Of a stretch of 64,000 nucleotides of DNA, positions 9,844 through 19,077 are shown piece after piece (the stretch's first letter is position 1; each line of letters opens with the position of its first letter). The notes beneath the pieces are model-generated. The model was given only the letters and a program-made list of their open reading frames with translations. It had not been told where the DNA came from and made no database searches. Source of the stretch: Parabacteroides distasonis (GTDB lineage: Bacteria > Pseudomonadota > Gammaproteobacteria > Burkholderiales > Burkholderiaceae_F); assembly GCA_963617005.1 (NCBI GenBank), contig CAVEMY010000001.1:1655-65654 (forward strand), given 5' to 3'. The translations under genes and the position numbers were made by a program.

Positions 9844-10584
9844 ATGAGAAATCGCTTGAGTCGATTTGAATACTTTGACACGGCCGCTGGAAAAACCGAT
9901 GTGGCCTGGCAGTTGAGTGCTTTTCGTCGTTTTGCAGGTAACGCAGTAGAGAGCGCACTGCAACTTGGCGTCCCTTCCATTGATGCCTTAAGTCAAACTC
10001 AAGCGGGATTAAAAATTCTTTCTTGCGATAGAGCGCCACTAAAAAGAAATCAAGAAGCCTCTCTTATTTTGTGTGAAGACGCTTCTTTGGCCCTAGAGAC
10101 AGAATCCATTGATCTTGTTCTTTGGCCTCATGGTTTTGATAGGTACCCTGACACGAAAGACGTGCTCTCTGAGATTTCTCGCGTTTTGGTTCCTGAAGGG
10201 GCGCTTGTTGTGACGTTTTTTAATCGCCATGGCCCTTGGAGCTTAAGACGGAAACTCCCGATAGCGCATCCGCTACTACCGGAAGATATTTCTCTACACA
10301 CGGTCTCTTCTGCGAGAGCGCAGCTTTTGCATGCGGGACTGACCTTTGAGGCAGGAGCCTATGGCGTTTACGGCATCGATGCGAAAGAAGGGGCTCAAGG
10401 TAAGACGCTACTAGAAAAAGCGGGCGACCGTTGGTGGCCAATGCTCGGTAACCTCGTTATCCTTGTTGCAAGAAAACACCGCCAAGGAATGCGGCTTGTT
10501 GGGAAAGCCCAATTTAATTCCCCAAGCCTTGGCACTCTTGGAGCAGCTACGGCTGGAAATACGACACAAAAGGAAGGCCTTTGA
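9844..10584 (+). CDS. Methyltransferase-like protein with degenerate SAM motif, conserved upstream of rnhA
   Basis: ALQLGVPSIDAL... and VLVPEGALVVTFFN resemble the class-I methyltransferase-fold proteins found upstream of rnhA-dnaQ in Burkholderiales. The canonical GxGxG is absent. The listed ORF starts at TTG 9832, and ATG 9844 is preferred here. Confidence 0.5.
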   Translation: MRNRLSRFEYFDTAAGKTDVAWQLSAFRRFAGNAVESALQLGVPSIDALSQTQAGLKILSCDRAPLKRNQEASLILCEDASLALETESIDLVLWPHGFDRYPDTKDVLSEISRVLVPEGALVVTFFNRHGPWSLRRKLPIAHPLLPEDISLHTVSSARAQLLHAGLTFEAGAYGVYGIDAKEGAQGKTLLEKAGDRWWPMLGNLVILVARKHRQGMRLVGKAQFNSPSLGTLGAATAGNTTQKEGL

Positions 10585-11027
10585 CTGACGAATCTTTACA
10601 TATCTGGACCGATGGCGCCTGTAAATTCAACCCTGGCCCTGGTGGCTGGGGCGTCTTTATGCGCTACAAAGAAAAGACGCTAGAACTCTTTGGCGGCGAA
10701 GCGATGACAACGAATAACCGCATGGAATTAACAGCGGTCATCGAAGCTCTTAAAGCCATTAAAAGGCCCTGCCCGCTCACGATTCACTTAGATAGCGTTT
10801 ACGTCAAAGACGGCATCACGCAGTGGATTCACAACTGGAAAAGAAAAGGCTGGAGAACCGCCGCAGGCAAACCCGTGAAAAACGACGATCTTTGGCGCGA
10901 GCTAGACAGTTTGATTGGAAACTTTACGATCTCTTGGGATTGGGTGAAAGGGCACGCGGGTATTGAAGGAAACGAAAAGGCCGACGAACTCGCTAACCGT
11001 GGCGCGGCTCCTTACCTAGAAAAATAA
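10581..11027 (+). CDS. rnhA: Ribonuclease HI
   Basis: IWTDGAC..NPGPGGWG, NNRMELTAVIEAL, WVKGHAG..GNEKADELA. The TTG start overlaps the upstream stop (TTGA). Confidence 0.9.
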   Translation: MTDESLHIWTDGACKFNPGPGGWGVFMRYKEKTLELFGGEAMTTNNRMELTAVIEALKAIKRPCPLTIHLDSVYVKDGITQWIHNWKRKGWRTAAGKPVKNDDLWRELDSLIGNFTISWDWVKGHAGIEGNEKADELANRGAAPYLEK

Positions 11028-11032
11028 CGTTT

Positions 11033-11776
11033 ATGAGACAAATTACTTTAGATACGGAAACAACGGGTATTGATGTCGAATCCGGAGACCGCGTCATCGA
11101 AATCGGTTGCGTTGAATTAGTAGGTCGCACCTTATCGGACGACACAAAGTACTACTTTCACGTCTATATCAACCCGGAGCGTGATGTGCCCGATGAGGTT
11201 GTGAAGATTCACGGCCTAACCAATGAATTTTTGGCCGATAAACCGGTTTTTGCCGATGTTGTTGATTCTTTTCTTGAGTTTATTAAAGGAGCGGAACTCT
11301 TAATTCACAACGCCGCATTCGACGTGGGATTCTTAAATGAAGAATTGGCTCGCCTTAAGAAAGGAAAAATCGAAGACTATTGCCCGAAAATTACCGATAC
11401 GATTGCAATTGCTCGCAATCTTTTCCCGGGGTTACGCAACAATCTTGACGTTTTGTGTACGCGCTACGAGATTGATAATTCTTCACGCACGTTGCACGGC
11501 GCTTTGCTTGACGCAAGACTATTAGCGGAAGTGTATCTCGCGATGACACGTAAGCAAGAGTCGCTTTTAGCGGAGTTTGCCGGTGCCGATGAAGCCCCCG
11601 ACCCCATCCCGAGTCCAGAGTCTTTTATTGCGGCAACAATTCCTGAAGAAGAAAGAAAAGAGCACGAGAAATTCCTCGATCGCATCGACAAAAAATGTAA
11701 GGGAACTTCCCTTTGGCGCAAGCTTCAAGACCCCGCAGTTGGTAATACCGCAAATACTGAAGAGAAAGGCTCTTGA
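11033..11776 (+). CDS. dnaQ: DNA polymerase III epsilon subunit (3'-5' proofreading exonuclease)
   Basis: Exo motifs LDTETTG, HNAAFDVGFL and HGALLDARLLAEVY. Confidence 0.9.
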   Translation: MRQITLDTETTGIDVESGDRVIEIGCVELVGRTLSDDTKYYFHVYINPERDVPDEVVKIHGLTNEFLADKPVFADVVDSFLEFIKGAELLIHNAAFDVGFLNEELARLKKGKIEDYCPKITDTIAIARNLFPGLRNNLDVLCTRYEIDNSSRTLHGALLDARLLAEVYLAMTRKQESLLAEFAGADEAPDPIPSPESFIAATIPEEERKEHEKFLDRIDKKCKGTSLWRKLQDPAVGNTANTEEKGS

Positions 11777-11837
11777 ATTCTCTGAGGTTTTTCGGCATTT
11801 AGAGGAAAAAGCCGTTAAACTGTGAGCCCTTATTTGC

Positions 11838-11880
11838 GCTCGAAAGGAAAAAGACTTCGAGCTCTTCCGTTATCTTTTAC
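11838..11880 (+). terminator. Possible terminator/attenuator hairpin between dnaQ and metN
   Basis: 7-bp stem GCTCGAA/TTCGAGC (11838..11862) followed by T-rich tcttccgttatctttt. Confidence 0.3.
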
Positions 11881-11887
11881 GCTATTC

Positions 11888-12940
11888 ATGATCAAACTCG
11901 AACATATTACACAGCGATTTAAAACGCCTGAAGGAAAAGACTTCTACGCGATAAAAGACGTCTCTCTTGAGATTCATCGCGGTGAAATCTTTGGCATTAT
12001 TGGGCGTTCTGGCGCAGGAAAATCCACGCTTGTGCGCTGCATTAATCTCTTAAATCGCCCCACAGAAGGGCGCGTCAGTGTCGATGGCGTTTGCTTAAAC
12101 GATTTAAGTGCCAACGATTTACGCCACGCAAGGCAACAAATCGCGATGATTTTCCAGCACTTTAATATCCTTTCAACGCGCACAGTCTACGAAAACGTCG
12201 CATTCCCCTTGGAACTTGTGGGAATGAAAAAAGACGAAATCGCTAAGAAAATCACGCCGTTAATCGAGCTTGTGGGACTCACAGAGCACGCCAATAAGTA
12301 TCCCTCGCAACTTTCAGGCGGCCAAAAGCAGCGCGTCGGTATTGCAAGAGCCCTTGCTAACGACCCGAAGGTTTTATTAAGCGATGAAGCCACAAGCGCT
12401 CTTGACCCAGAAACCACTGTTGCGACTCTCGAACTCTTAAAGCGCATCAATAAGACCTTGGGGCTTACGATTGTGATGATTACGCATCAGATGGATGTCG
12501 TAAAGCAGATTTGTGATCGCGTTGCCGTAATGGACTCGGGTAGCGTTGTTGAAGAAGGTGACGTCCTTGACGTTTTCCGCAACCCGCAACACGAAACCAC
12601 ACGTAAGATGATTGGCACGGTGATGGCGCAGGCGCTTCCTGCTTCGATGGTGGAAAAACTTCGTAGTGAAGCAAAATCTGTAAAAGACGGGGCAGCCACT
12701 CACATCCTACGCTTAGCCTTTATTGGCGACGAAGTCGATCGACCTGTCATTAGCGAAGCTTCACGCCTATTTAATGCCGACTTAAGCATTTTGCTTGCTA
12801 ACGTCGATCAGATTCAAGGAAAGAACTTTGGGACGCTCACCATTCAGATGACCTGCCCCAATGAAACGTTTGAGAAAACTGTGAACTACTTACGCGAGCA
12901 AAACGTCACCGTTAAGGAGGTAACCGATCATGTCCTCTGA
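11888..12940 (+). CDS. metN: Methionine ABC transporter ATP-binding protein
   Basis: Walker A GRSGAGKST, signature LSGGQKQRV, Walker B LLSDEATSALD, and a C-terminal NIL regulatory domain. Start placed at MIKLEHI. The listed GTG 11822 start would add an implausible extension. Confidence 0.9.
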   Translation: MIKLEHITQRFKTPEGKDFYAIKDVSLEIHRGEIFGIIGRSGAGKSTLVRCINLLNRPTEGRVSVDGVCLNDLSANDLRHARQQIAMIFQHFNILSTRTVYENVAFPLELVGMKKDEIAKKITPLIELVGLTEHANKYPSQLSGGQKQRVGIARALANDPKVLLSDEATSALDPETTVATLELLKRINKTLGLTIVMITHQMDVVKQICDRVAVMDSGSVVEEGDVLDVFRNPQHETTRKMIGTVMAQALPASMVEKLRSEAKSVKDGAATHILRLAFIGDEVDRPVISEASRLFNADLSILLANVDQIQGKNFGTLTIQMTCPNETFEKTVNYLREQNVTVKEVTDHVL

Positions 12941-13583
12941 TATGTTGATGATGCTTTGGGAGTCCTTCGTTGATACCTGCATTATGGTTGGTGTCTCAGG
13001 TTTTCTCGGTTCCCTCTTTGGCATTCCTTTGGGCGTTCTGCTTTTTACAACCTCTCCCAAGGGGATTGCGCCACTACCTGTACCTAATCAAGTTGTTGGT
13101 TGGATTGTCAATGCCGTGCGCTCGACGCCATTCATTATCTTGATGGTTGCCATTATTCCTTTAACGCGCATCATTGCAGGAACCTCCATTGGTACAGCAG
13201 CAGCGATTGTCCCTTTGACGATTGCCGTGACCCCGTTAATTGCACGCTTAGTTGAAACGAGTTTACGTGAAGTGGATTCGGGACTGATTGAAGCGGCTTT
13301 GGCGATGGGAGCATCGGATTTGCAGATTGTGACGAAGGTGTTACTCCCTGAAGCGCTCCCTGGGATTGTTGCTGGGTTAACGATTAGCTTTATTTCGCTT
13401 ATCGGGGCCTCTGCGATGGCGGGAGCCATTGGTGGTGGCGGCTTAGGCGACATGGGTATTCGTTACGGCTATCAGCGCTTTATGCCTGATGTGATGCTCG
13501 CTGTCGTTGTGATTCTTATTGCTTTTGTGCAATCGATTCAGTCGCTTGGCGATTGGCTAGTTCAGAAATTACGTCACAAGTAG
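12930..13583 (+). CDS. metI: Methionine ABC transporter permease
   Basis: 217 aa, 5 TM, BPD-transporter fold with EAALAMGAS...LPEALPG motif. Overlaps the metN stop. Confidence 0.9.
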   Translation: MSSDMLMMLWESFVDTCIMVGVSGFLGSLFGIPLGVLLFTTSPKGIAPLPVPNQVVGWIVNAVRSTPFIILMVAIIPLTRIIAGTSIGTAAAIVPLTIAVTPLIARLVETSLREVDSGLIEAALAMGASDLQIVTKVLLPEALPGIVAGLTISFISLIGASAMAGAIGGGGLGDMGIRYGYQRFMPDVMLAVVVILIAFVQSIQSLGDWLVQKLRHK

Positions 13584-13619
13584 CAAGAATTCGGGCATAA
13601 TTGCCACCTTCACAGCGAT

Positions 13620-13693
13620 GCGGGCGTAGTTCAATGGCAGAACGAAAGCTTCCCAAGCTTTATACGAGGGTTCGATTCCCTTCGCCCGCTCCA
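13620..13693 (+). tRNA. tRNA-Gly (anticodon CCC)
   Basis: GCGGGCG acceptor, anticodon arm aaagc-ttCCCaa-gcttt, T-loop gggttcgattccc, CCA encoded. Confidence 0.85.
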
Positions 13694-13707
13694 TGAATTC
13701 TGATAAG

Positions 13708-13734
13708 AAACGGATCCTCGAGGTCCGTTTTTTG
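13708..13734 (+). terminator. Intrinsic terminator after tRNA-Gly
   Basis: Stem AAACGGA/TCCGTTT around ctcgag, followed by a T run. Confidence 0.6.
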
Positions 13735-13745
13735 ATACAAGAACG

Positions 13746-14465
13746 ATGAAAAAAGAGCTAACAGCCGAAGAAATCGAAGAGCTTAAAAAACGCCACATCC
13801 GAAGCTTTGTGTTGCGTCGAGGGCATATTTCCACAGCCCAAGAGCGCGCCTTAGAGGAGCTTTTCCCTAAGTACGCACTCTCCTACGAGAAAAAGCTCTT
13901 AGATGCAACTAGTCTTTTTGGCCGCGAGGCTCCCCTTGTTCTTGAAATCGGTTGTGGCATGGGAGAGACCACGGCCGCAATTGCCGCTGCCCACCCAGAA
14001 ATCAATTTCTTAGGCTGCGAGGTGTTTGCCGCAGGCGTTGGTGCCTTAAGTAAACGCCTCAACGAGTTGGGTCTTACGAACGTGAGAATTTGTCAGCACG
14101 ACGCGGTGGAAGTTGTGCGTGACATGATTGGCGTAAACACCCTTTCTGGCATTCACATCTTTTTCCCTGACCCTTGGAGAAAAGCGCGCCACCACAAAAG
14201 GCGCTTAATTCAGTCGCCCTTTGTGAAGTTACTTACCGAGCGCCTTACCCAAAATGGCTACCTGCATTGCGCCACAGATTGGGAAAACTATGCCGAGCAA
14301 ATGCTCGAAGTCTTAAGTGCTGAACCGCTACTAGCGAATCTCTCAGAAGACGGGTTTGCCAAAACGCAATCCAATCCCCTTTGCGAAAGACCTCGCACGA
14401 AATTCCAAGCCAGAGGCGAGGGCCTAGGCTATGGGATTTGGGATTTAGTTTTTGCTCGGAAATAA
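13746..14465 (+). CDS. trmB: tRNA (guanine46-N7)-methyltransferase
   Basis: RSFVLRRG..., [25 protein letters not shown] motifs. Confidence 0.9.
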   Translation: MKKELTAEEIEELKKRHIRSFVLRRGHISTAQERALEELFPKYALSYEKKLLDATSLFGREAPLVLEIGCGMGETTAAIAAAHPEINFLGCEVFAAGVGALSKRLNELGLTNVRICQHDAVEVVRDMIGVNTLSGIHIFFPDPWRKARHHKRRLIQSPFVKLLTERLTQNGYLHCATDWENYAEQMLEVLSAEPLLANLSEDGFAKTQSNPLCERPRTKFQARGEGLGYGIWDLVFARK

Positions 14466-14469
14466 CTTC

Positions 14470-15723
14470 TTACCCGATACGAACGATATCGGCACCCAAC
14501 GCTTTTAACTTATCTTCTAAGTGCTCATAACCGCGATCTAAGTGATAGATGCGATCGACAATGGTTTCGCCTCGTGCGGCGAGCCCTGCGATGACAAGAG
14601 AGGCCGAGGCTCGTAGGTCTGTTGCCATCACATTGGCGCCTTCCAACTTCTCGATACCATGGACAACCGCGGTGTGACCATCAACAGAGATTTGGGCACC
14701 CATGCGCTGCAACTCAGGTACGTGCATGAAGCGATTTTCGAAAATCGTTTCATCAATGCGCCCAGCTCCCTCGGAAACCGAATCCAAGACCATAAATTGC
14801 GCCTGCATATCTGTCGGGAACCCTGGGTGAGGCGCCGTTCTCACGTCGACAGCACGAGAGCGGGTATTAATACGCGCACGAATCCAATCGTCACCTGTTT
14901 CAACAGTGGCTCCTGCGCTACGGAGTTTTTCAATCACAGCGTCAAGCGTTGTGGGAGCGGCGTGAGTGACAAGCACATCGCCTCGCGTTACGACAGCGGC
15001 GCAAAGGAAAGTTCCGGTTTCGATGCGATCGGCTAAAACCGAGTGTTCGCATCCGTGTAGTGTCCTCACACCCTCAACAACAATGCGAGCCGTGCCTGCT
15101 CCTTGAATCTTTGCGCCCATCTTATTTAAGCAATTGGCCAAATCAACGACTTCGGGTTCGCGCGCGGCGTTTTCAATCACGGTTTCGCCTTCAGAAAGGG
15201 TCGCGGCCATCAAAATATTTTCAGTCCCCGTGACTGTGACCATATCTGTGACAATGCGTGAACCCTTAAGGCGTGTGGCTTTCGCATCCACGTACCCGTG
15301 ATCCATATCGATAGCTGCGCCCATCTTCTTTAGCGCTTTGATATGTTGATCGATGGGACGAGCTCCAATCGAGCAGCCGCCAGGCAAAGAAACGCGAGCC
15401 GCGCCAAAGCGAGCAACTAAGGGCCCTAAGACCATCACAGAGGCACGCATCGTTTTCACTAAATCGTAGGGAGCCTCGGTGCTAGTCACGGCATTGGCTT
15501 TAAGACGTACGGTATCATCATTCACGCGCTCGTAAGCCACACCCATTCCTGAAAGAAGGCGCCCCATCGTACGGACATCGGCTAAGTCCGGCATATTGTG
15601 AAGAATCAACTCGTCTGAAGTTAGTAACGAAGCGGCCAAAATGGGAAGTGCCGCATTCTTCGCGCCCGAAGCACGAACTTCTCCCACAAGACGATGTTCA
15701 CCAACAATTTTGAGCTTTTGCAT
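14470..15723 (-). CDS. murA: UDP-N-acetylglucosamine 1-carboxyvinyltransferase
   Basis: [21 protein letters not shown], active-site [11 protein letters not shown], and HLDRGYE at the C-terminus. Confidence 0.95.
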   Translation of the reverse strand: MQKLKIVGEHRLVGEVRASGAKNAALPILAASLLTSDELILHNMPDLADVRTMGRLLSGMGVAYERVNDDTVRLKANAVTSTEAPYDLVKTMRASVMVLGPLVARFGAARVSLPGGCSIGARPIDQHIKALKKMGAAIDMDHGYVDAKATRLKGSRIVTDMVTVTGTENILMAATLSEGETVIENAAREPEVVDLANCLNKMGAKIQGAGTARIVVEGVRTLHGCEHSVLADRIETGTFLCAAVVTRGDVLVTHAAPTTLDAVIEKLRSAGATVETGDDWIRARINTRSRAVDVRTAPHPGFPTDMQAQFMVLDSVSEGAGRIDETIFENRFMHVPELQRMGAQISVDGHTAVVHGIEKLEGANVMATDLRASASLVIAGLAARGETIVDRIYHLDRGYEHLEDKLKALGADIVRIG

Positions 15724-15777
15724 GAGGCTTTCTCGAATCCAATAGTCTTAAAAATTTGTGGGCGTAATTCTACAAAA

Positions 15778-16602
15778 TTAGCCTACTTTCCCCCAGAGGG
15801 AAGTAAAGTGATTCACGGGGCCATGACCGTGCCCTACATCAAGTTCATCAGAGGCGGCAATGGCCTTGGTGATAAAGGTTTTTGCCTCACGAATCGCTTC
15901 AATTGGGTCATCGGTTTTTGCAAGTGCCGCCGCAATCGCTGAAGATAGAGCGCAACCTGTGCCGTGCGTATTTTTCGTTGCAATGCGTTTGGCGGAAAGC
16001 TCCGTCACCTCTTTTCCGTCATAGAAAAAGTCCGAGCAACTTGCGTTAGCCAAGTGCCCGCCTTTTAAGAGAACGGCGCAGTGCTTATTCGATAAAGCAT
16101 AAAGGTCGACGGCAGCCTCTTTCATCTGAGAAATGTCTTTTATCTCACGACCTAAAAGGACACTGGCTTCCGGTAGATTGGGTGTCATGACGTGAGAGAG
16201 GGGAATGAGTTCTGTAACGATGGCTTTTACCGTATCTTTTCCAACTAAAGAGTCCCCACTTTTAGCCACCATCACAGGATCGATCACAATCCAGCGAGGT
16301 TTAAAGCGTCTTAATGCGTCCGCGACAACACGCACGACATCGGCTTCTCCCAGCATCCCGATTTTCACAGCATCAATGCGCACGTCAGAAAAAAGCGTAT
16401 CGAGTTGCTCGCGCACAAACGAGGCGGGAACTGGGAATACGCCTCTAACTGCGGTTGTGTTTTGTGCTGTTAACGCAGCAACAACGCCCGCTGCATAAGC
16501 GCCCATTGCGCTAATACTCTTAATATCGGCCAAAACCCCAGCGCCCCCCGATGGGTCAACGCCAGCAATGGAAAGAACATTTTTTATTGGGCTTTTTGCC
16601 AT
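15778..16602 (-). CDS. thiD: Hydroxymethylpyrimidine/phosphomethylpyrimidine kinase
   Basis: VLSIAGVDPSGGAG..ADIK, KIGML, NTHGTGCALSSAIAA. Confidence 0.9.
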   Translation of the reverse strand: MAKSPIKNVLSIAGVDPSGGAGVLADIKSISAMGAYAAGVVAALTAQNTTAVRGVFPVPASFVREQLDTLFSDVRIDAVKIGMLGEADVVRVVADALRRFKPRWIVIDPVMVAKSGDSLVGKDTVKAIVTELIPLSHVMTPNLPEASVLLGREIKDISQMKEAAVDLYALSNKHCAVLLKGGHLANASCSDFFYDGKEVTELSAKRIATKNTHGTGCALSSAIAAALAKTDDPIEAIREAKTFITKAIAASDELDVGHGHGPVNHFTSLWGKVG

Positions 16603-17855
16603 AGAGTGGCTATCTCCTTGATCATTCGTTCAGTTGCCCCTGTGTAACTTTGTGCAAAGCTTTTTGCGGCATAAGAGCGGTCAGACAATTTCCCATCGGT
16701 AAGCCAGGTAGCGGCAAGCACCATCGCTTCTTTAGCGTCTTTTACGCGCACAGCCGCATGAAAAGCGATTGCGTCTTCGGCTGGTTTTGCAAAGTTAAAT
16801 GTCGAGGGTCCCAAGATAATAGGAACGCCAGAGGCGGCTGGTTCAATAAAGTTTTGCGAGCCCGTGCCCCCGAAGCTTCCGCCCATAATGCAAACGTCGC
16901 CTAAAGCACAACTAAAACTCATCTCGCCCATCGTATCGGCAAGTACGACGCGCACCTCTTTACCTAAAGAGGCCAGATTGGCGGTCTTTGTTTTCCTTAC
17001 GTAGGGGATATTTCTTTCGATGAGGGCGGCCTCAACCTCATCAAAGCGTTGCGGATGCCTTGGAACAAGCCAAATAAGCACCTCTTTGGGCAACTCGTCT
17101 ATGGTGTCCAAAAACATCACTTCTTCGCCTTGGCGCGTGCTCGCAAGAAGAACAATGGGGCGATTAAGACTCGCTTTTAATTTGCGAGCACTTTCTTGTT
17201 GCTTCGCGTCAGGCCGAATATCAAACTTCACCGATCCACAGACAAGAACGTTTTTCGCCCCTAAGCTCACTAAGCGCTTTTTATCGTCTTCGCTTTGCGC
17301 TAAAACCAGTCGAAAGGCACCAAACGCGGGCTTCATCACACTCGGGAAACGAGCTGCCATGCGCCGCGACTTCTCTGACTCGCGAGCATTGGCTAGAACT
17401 ACTGGGATTTGAAAAGATTCGGCCGCCTCCATTAAATTGGGCCAAACCTCGGTTTCCATCACAACACCCATTTTGGGTTTCGTTTCCTCGAAAAACTGAG
17501 CCATCAACTCTGGAGTGTCATACGGTAAATAGCACTGCGTGACGCGTCCTGGATAAGCCTCGAGGATCTTCTTACCTGTTTCTCGGCCCGTTGGGGTCAT
17601 TGCCGTAAGAAGAATTTCGCTATTGGGAAATCTCTTAAAAAAGGCATCAATCAGGCTTCGCGCTGCAATGGTTTCTCCGACGCTAACCGCATGAAGCCAA
17701 AGGCGTGGTTTTTCTGTAGGAGCCGGAAACGGTTTCCACCCAAATCGTTCGTCCCAATGCTCAAGGTACTCAGGTTGCTTTTTCGCTCTGTGTCTCAAAT
17801 AAAACTTCGCTAGCGGCAAAGCTGCTCGCGTAATCATCCGATAAGCCCAAGTCAC
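16584..17855 (-). CDS. waaA: 3-deoxy-D-manno-octulosonic acid (Kdo) transferase
   Basis: LWLHAVSVGE, VPRHPQRF, GGSF...GGQN-like motif (GGSFGGTGSQNFIEPA). Overlaps the thiD start by 19 nt. Confidence 0.85.
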   Translation of the reverse strand: MTWAYRMITRAALPLAKFYLRHRAKKQPEYLEHWDERFGWKPFPAPTEKPRLWLHAVSVGETIAARSLIDAFFKRFPNSEILLTAMTPTGRETGKKILEAYPGRVTQCYLPYDTPELMAQFFEETKPKMGVVMETEVWPNLMEAAESFQIPVVLANARESEKSRRMAARFPSVMKPAFGAFRLVLAQSEDDKKRLVSLGAKNVLVCGSVKFDIRPDAKQQESARKLKASLNRPIVLLASTRQGEEVMFLDTIDELPKEVLIWLVPRHPQRFDEVEAALIERNIPYVRKTKTANLASLGKEVRVVLADTMGEMSFSCALGDVCIMGGSFGGTGSQNFIEPAASGVPIILGPSTFNFAKPAEDAIAFHAAVRVKDAKEAMVLAATWLTDGKLSDRSYAAKSFAQSYTGATERMIKEIATLWQKAQ

Positions 17856-17931
17856 TCTCTTTATTCTCCAAGCGTTGCCACTTTTTTGCGGTTTTATTGA
17901 TCAAATCCGTCTTTCTTAGGACCCCCGAAGA

Positions 17932-18906
17932 CTACTGCTTTCCGTTAAGAAAATCGAGCCAATCGGTTCCCACTTTAGGCGCTGTGATGACCTTCACATC
18001 CAAGCCCTTTACAGCTAACTTATGCCCTAAGGTGTAGGCACCTGCCTGCCCTGCGTAACTTTTGTCGTTATCGGCATAGATGCGAACAGACGTGACCCTC
18101 TTTGGAAGGTCAACGGCGTTTGCTAGATTTGTTACACCAAGTGTGGCCCACACAGGAAGAGAAAAAAGCTCTGTGCACGCGAGTGCCGTCTCGATGCCTT
18201 CAGCTAAACCCAAAACCTCTTTAACCTCGCCAAAGCGCACGAAAGCGCCCTTAAATGCGCCAGGCATGAGTTTCTTGGGTCTTGCCACACTCGCTTTCTT
18301 TCCGTCTTCGAGATAGGTTCTATGAAGATTGACAACGCGACCGTTTTTATCTGTGACGCGCGAAAGCATGGCCGCGTAAGTTCCAGCGACTTTCCCCTCC
18401 TCATCGAGATATTCGAGCGCTTTGTGATAGCGCACTTCGGGCGTTGCGTTTTGAGGATTTAACCCCCGATTGGCTAAATAGGTCCATACGGGGTCTCCCG
18501 AAACAATAGGAGAGGCTTCAGCCCAGAGTTGAGTCACTTTGCGAAGCCTTTCGCGTTCGGCCTCTTCTTCGGGGCTTAGTGTTCTCTGTGTGGGGCTCTC
18601 TTCTTGTGCTGGATCGATTCCACAAAACCGCTCGACAAATTCGAGAGCATCTAAAAAGTTTGTGCCCAAAACCTTTGTGAGAAGTGAAAGGCCGTCGCCT
18701 CCCCCACAACCACGGCAGAAGTACTTGCCGTCTCCCTCTTTATCGAGAAAGGAAAAGCGATCGCGCCCGCCGCACACTGGGCACGGGCGATTGACCTTAT
18801 CAAGCAAATCCGCTTTAACGCCAGCGGCTTGAAGAATGGCGCGCCAACGACCGAGAGCAGCGCTTTTGGCTCGAGAAATTCTTCTTTCAAAGTCTGGGTT
18901 TTGCAT
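17932..18906 (-). CDS. Stand-alone zinc-ribbon + TOPRIM primase-like protein (T7 gp4 / P4 alpha N-terminal type), no helicase domain
   Basis: C4 ribbon CPVCGGRDRF..(12)..FCRGCG. TOPRIM Glu in LAEGIETAL and DxD in YADNDKS. Start moved to the internal ATG at 18906, which follows AAGGAGGAG by 6 nt (the listed ORF starts at 18933). Confidence 0.7.
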   Translation of the reverse strand: MQNPDFERRISRAKSAALGRWRAILQAAGVKADLLDKVNRPCPVCGGRDRFSFLDKEGDGKYFCRGCGGGDGLSLLTKVLGTNFLDALEFVERFCGIDPAQEESPTQRTLSPEEEAERERLRKVTQLWAEASPIVSGDPVWTYLANRGLNPQNATPEVRYHKALEYLDEEGKVAGTYAAMLSRVTDKNGRVVNLHRTYLEDGKKASVARPKKLMPGAFKGAFVRFGEVKEVLGLAEGIETALACTELFSLPVWATLGVTNLANAVDLPKRVTSVRIYADNDKSYAGQAGAYTLGHKLAVKGLDVKVITAPKVGTDWLDFLNGKQ

Positions 18907-19042
18907 GGGGAGCTCCTCCTTTGCCAAACGCATTGGCTACAAGCCTAGCAAAAATAGAGCCTCTTTATTGCCATTCTTTTTTTGAAGAAGCCTATTTTCA
19001 CCTAACAAGAGCGCAAACGATGACGCTAAAATGCCAAAACCT

Positions 19043-19058
19043 GTGACAGGTCTGTCAC
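19043..19058. promoter_or_regulatory. Perfect 16-bp palindrome GTGACAG-GT-CTGTCAC, 20 bp upstream of the hldA start
   Basis: Read directly. It overlaps a second palindrome, ACCTGTGACAGGT. Could be an operator or a 5'-UTR hairpin. Confidence 0.3.
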
Positions 19059-19077
19059 TTACTTGAAATGAATACTC

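Noticed and set aside
11822-11887. N-terminal 22-aa extension of metN from the GTG at 11822
   Set aside because: The extension (MSPYLRSKGKRLRALPLSFTLF) overlaps a hairpin/terminator-like element and is not part of ABC ATPases. MIKLEHI at 11888 matches the usual MetN N-terminus.
17932-18933. Primase-like TOPRIM gene as evidence of a prophage/ICE/plasmid insertion
   Set aside because: No integrase, excisionase, att-like direct repeats, tRNA junction, helicase or structural genes flank it. Both neighbours are core LPS genes. It is kept as an orphan-gene finding rather than annotated as a mobile element.
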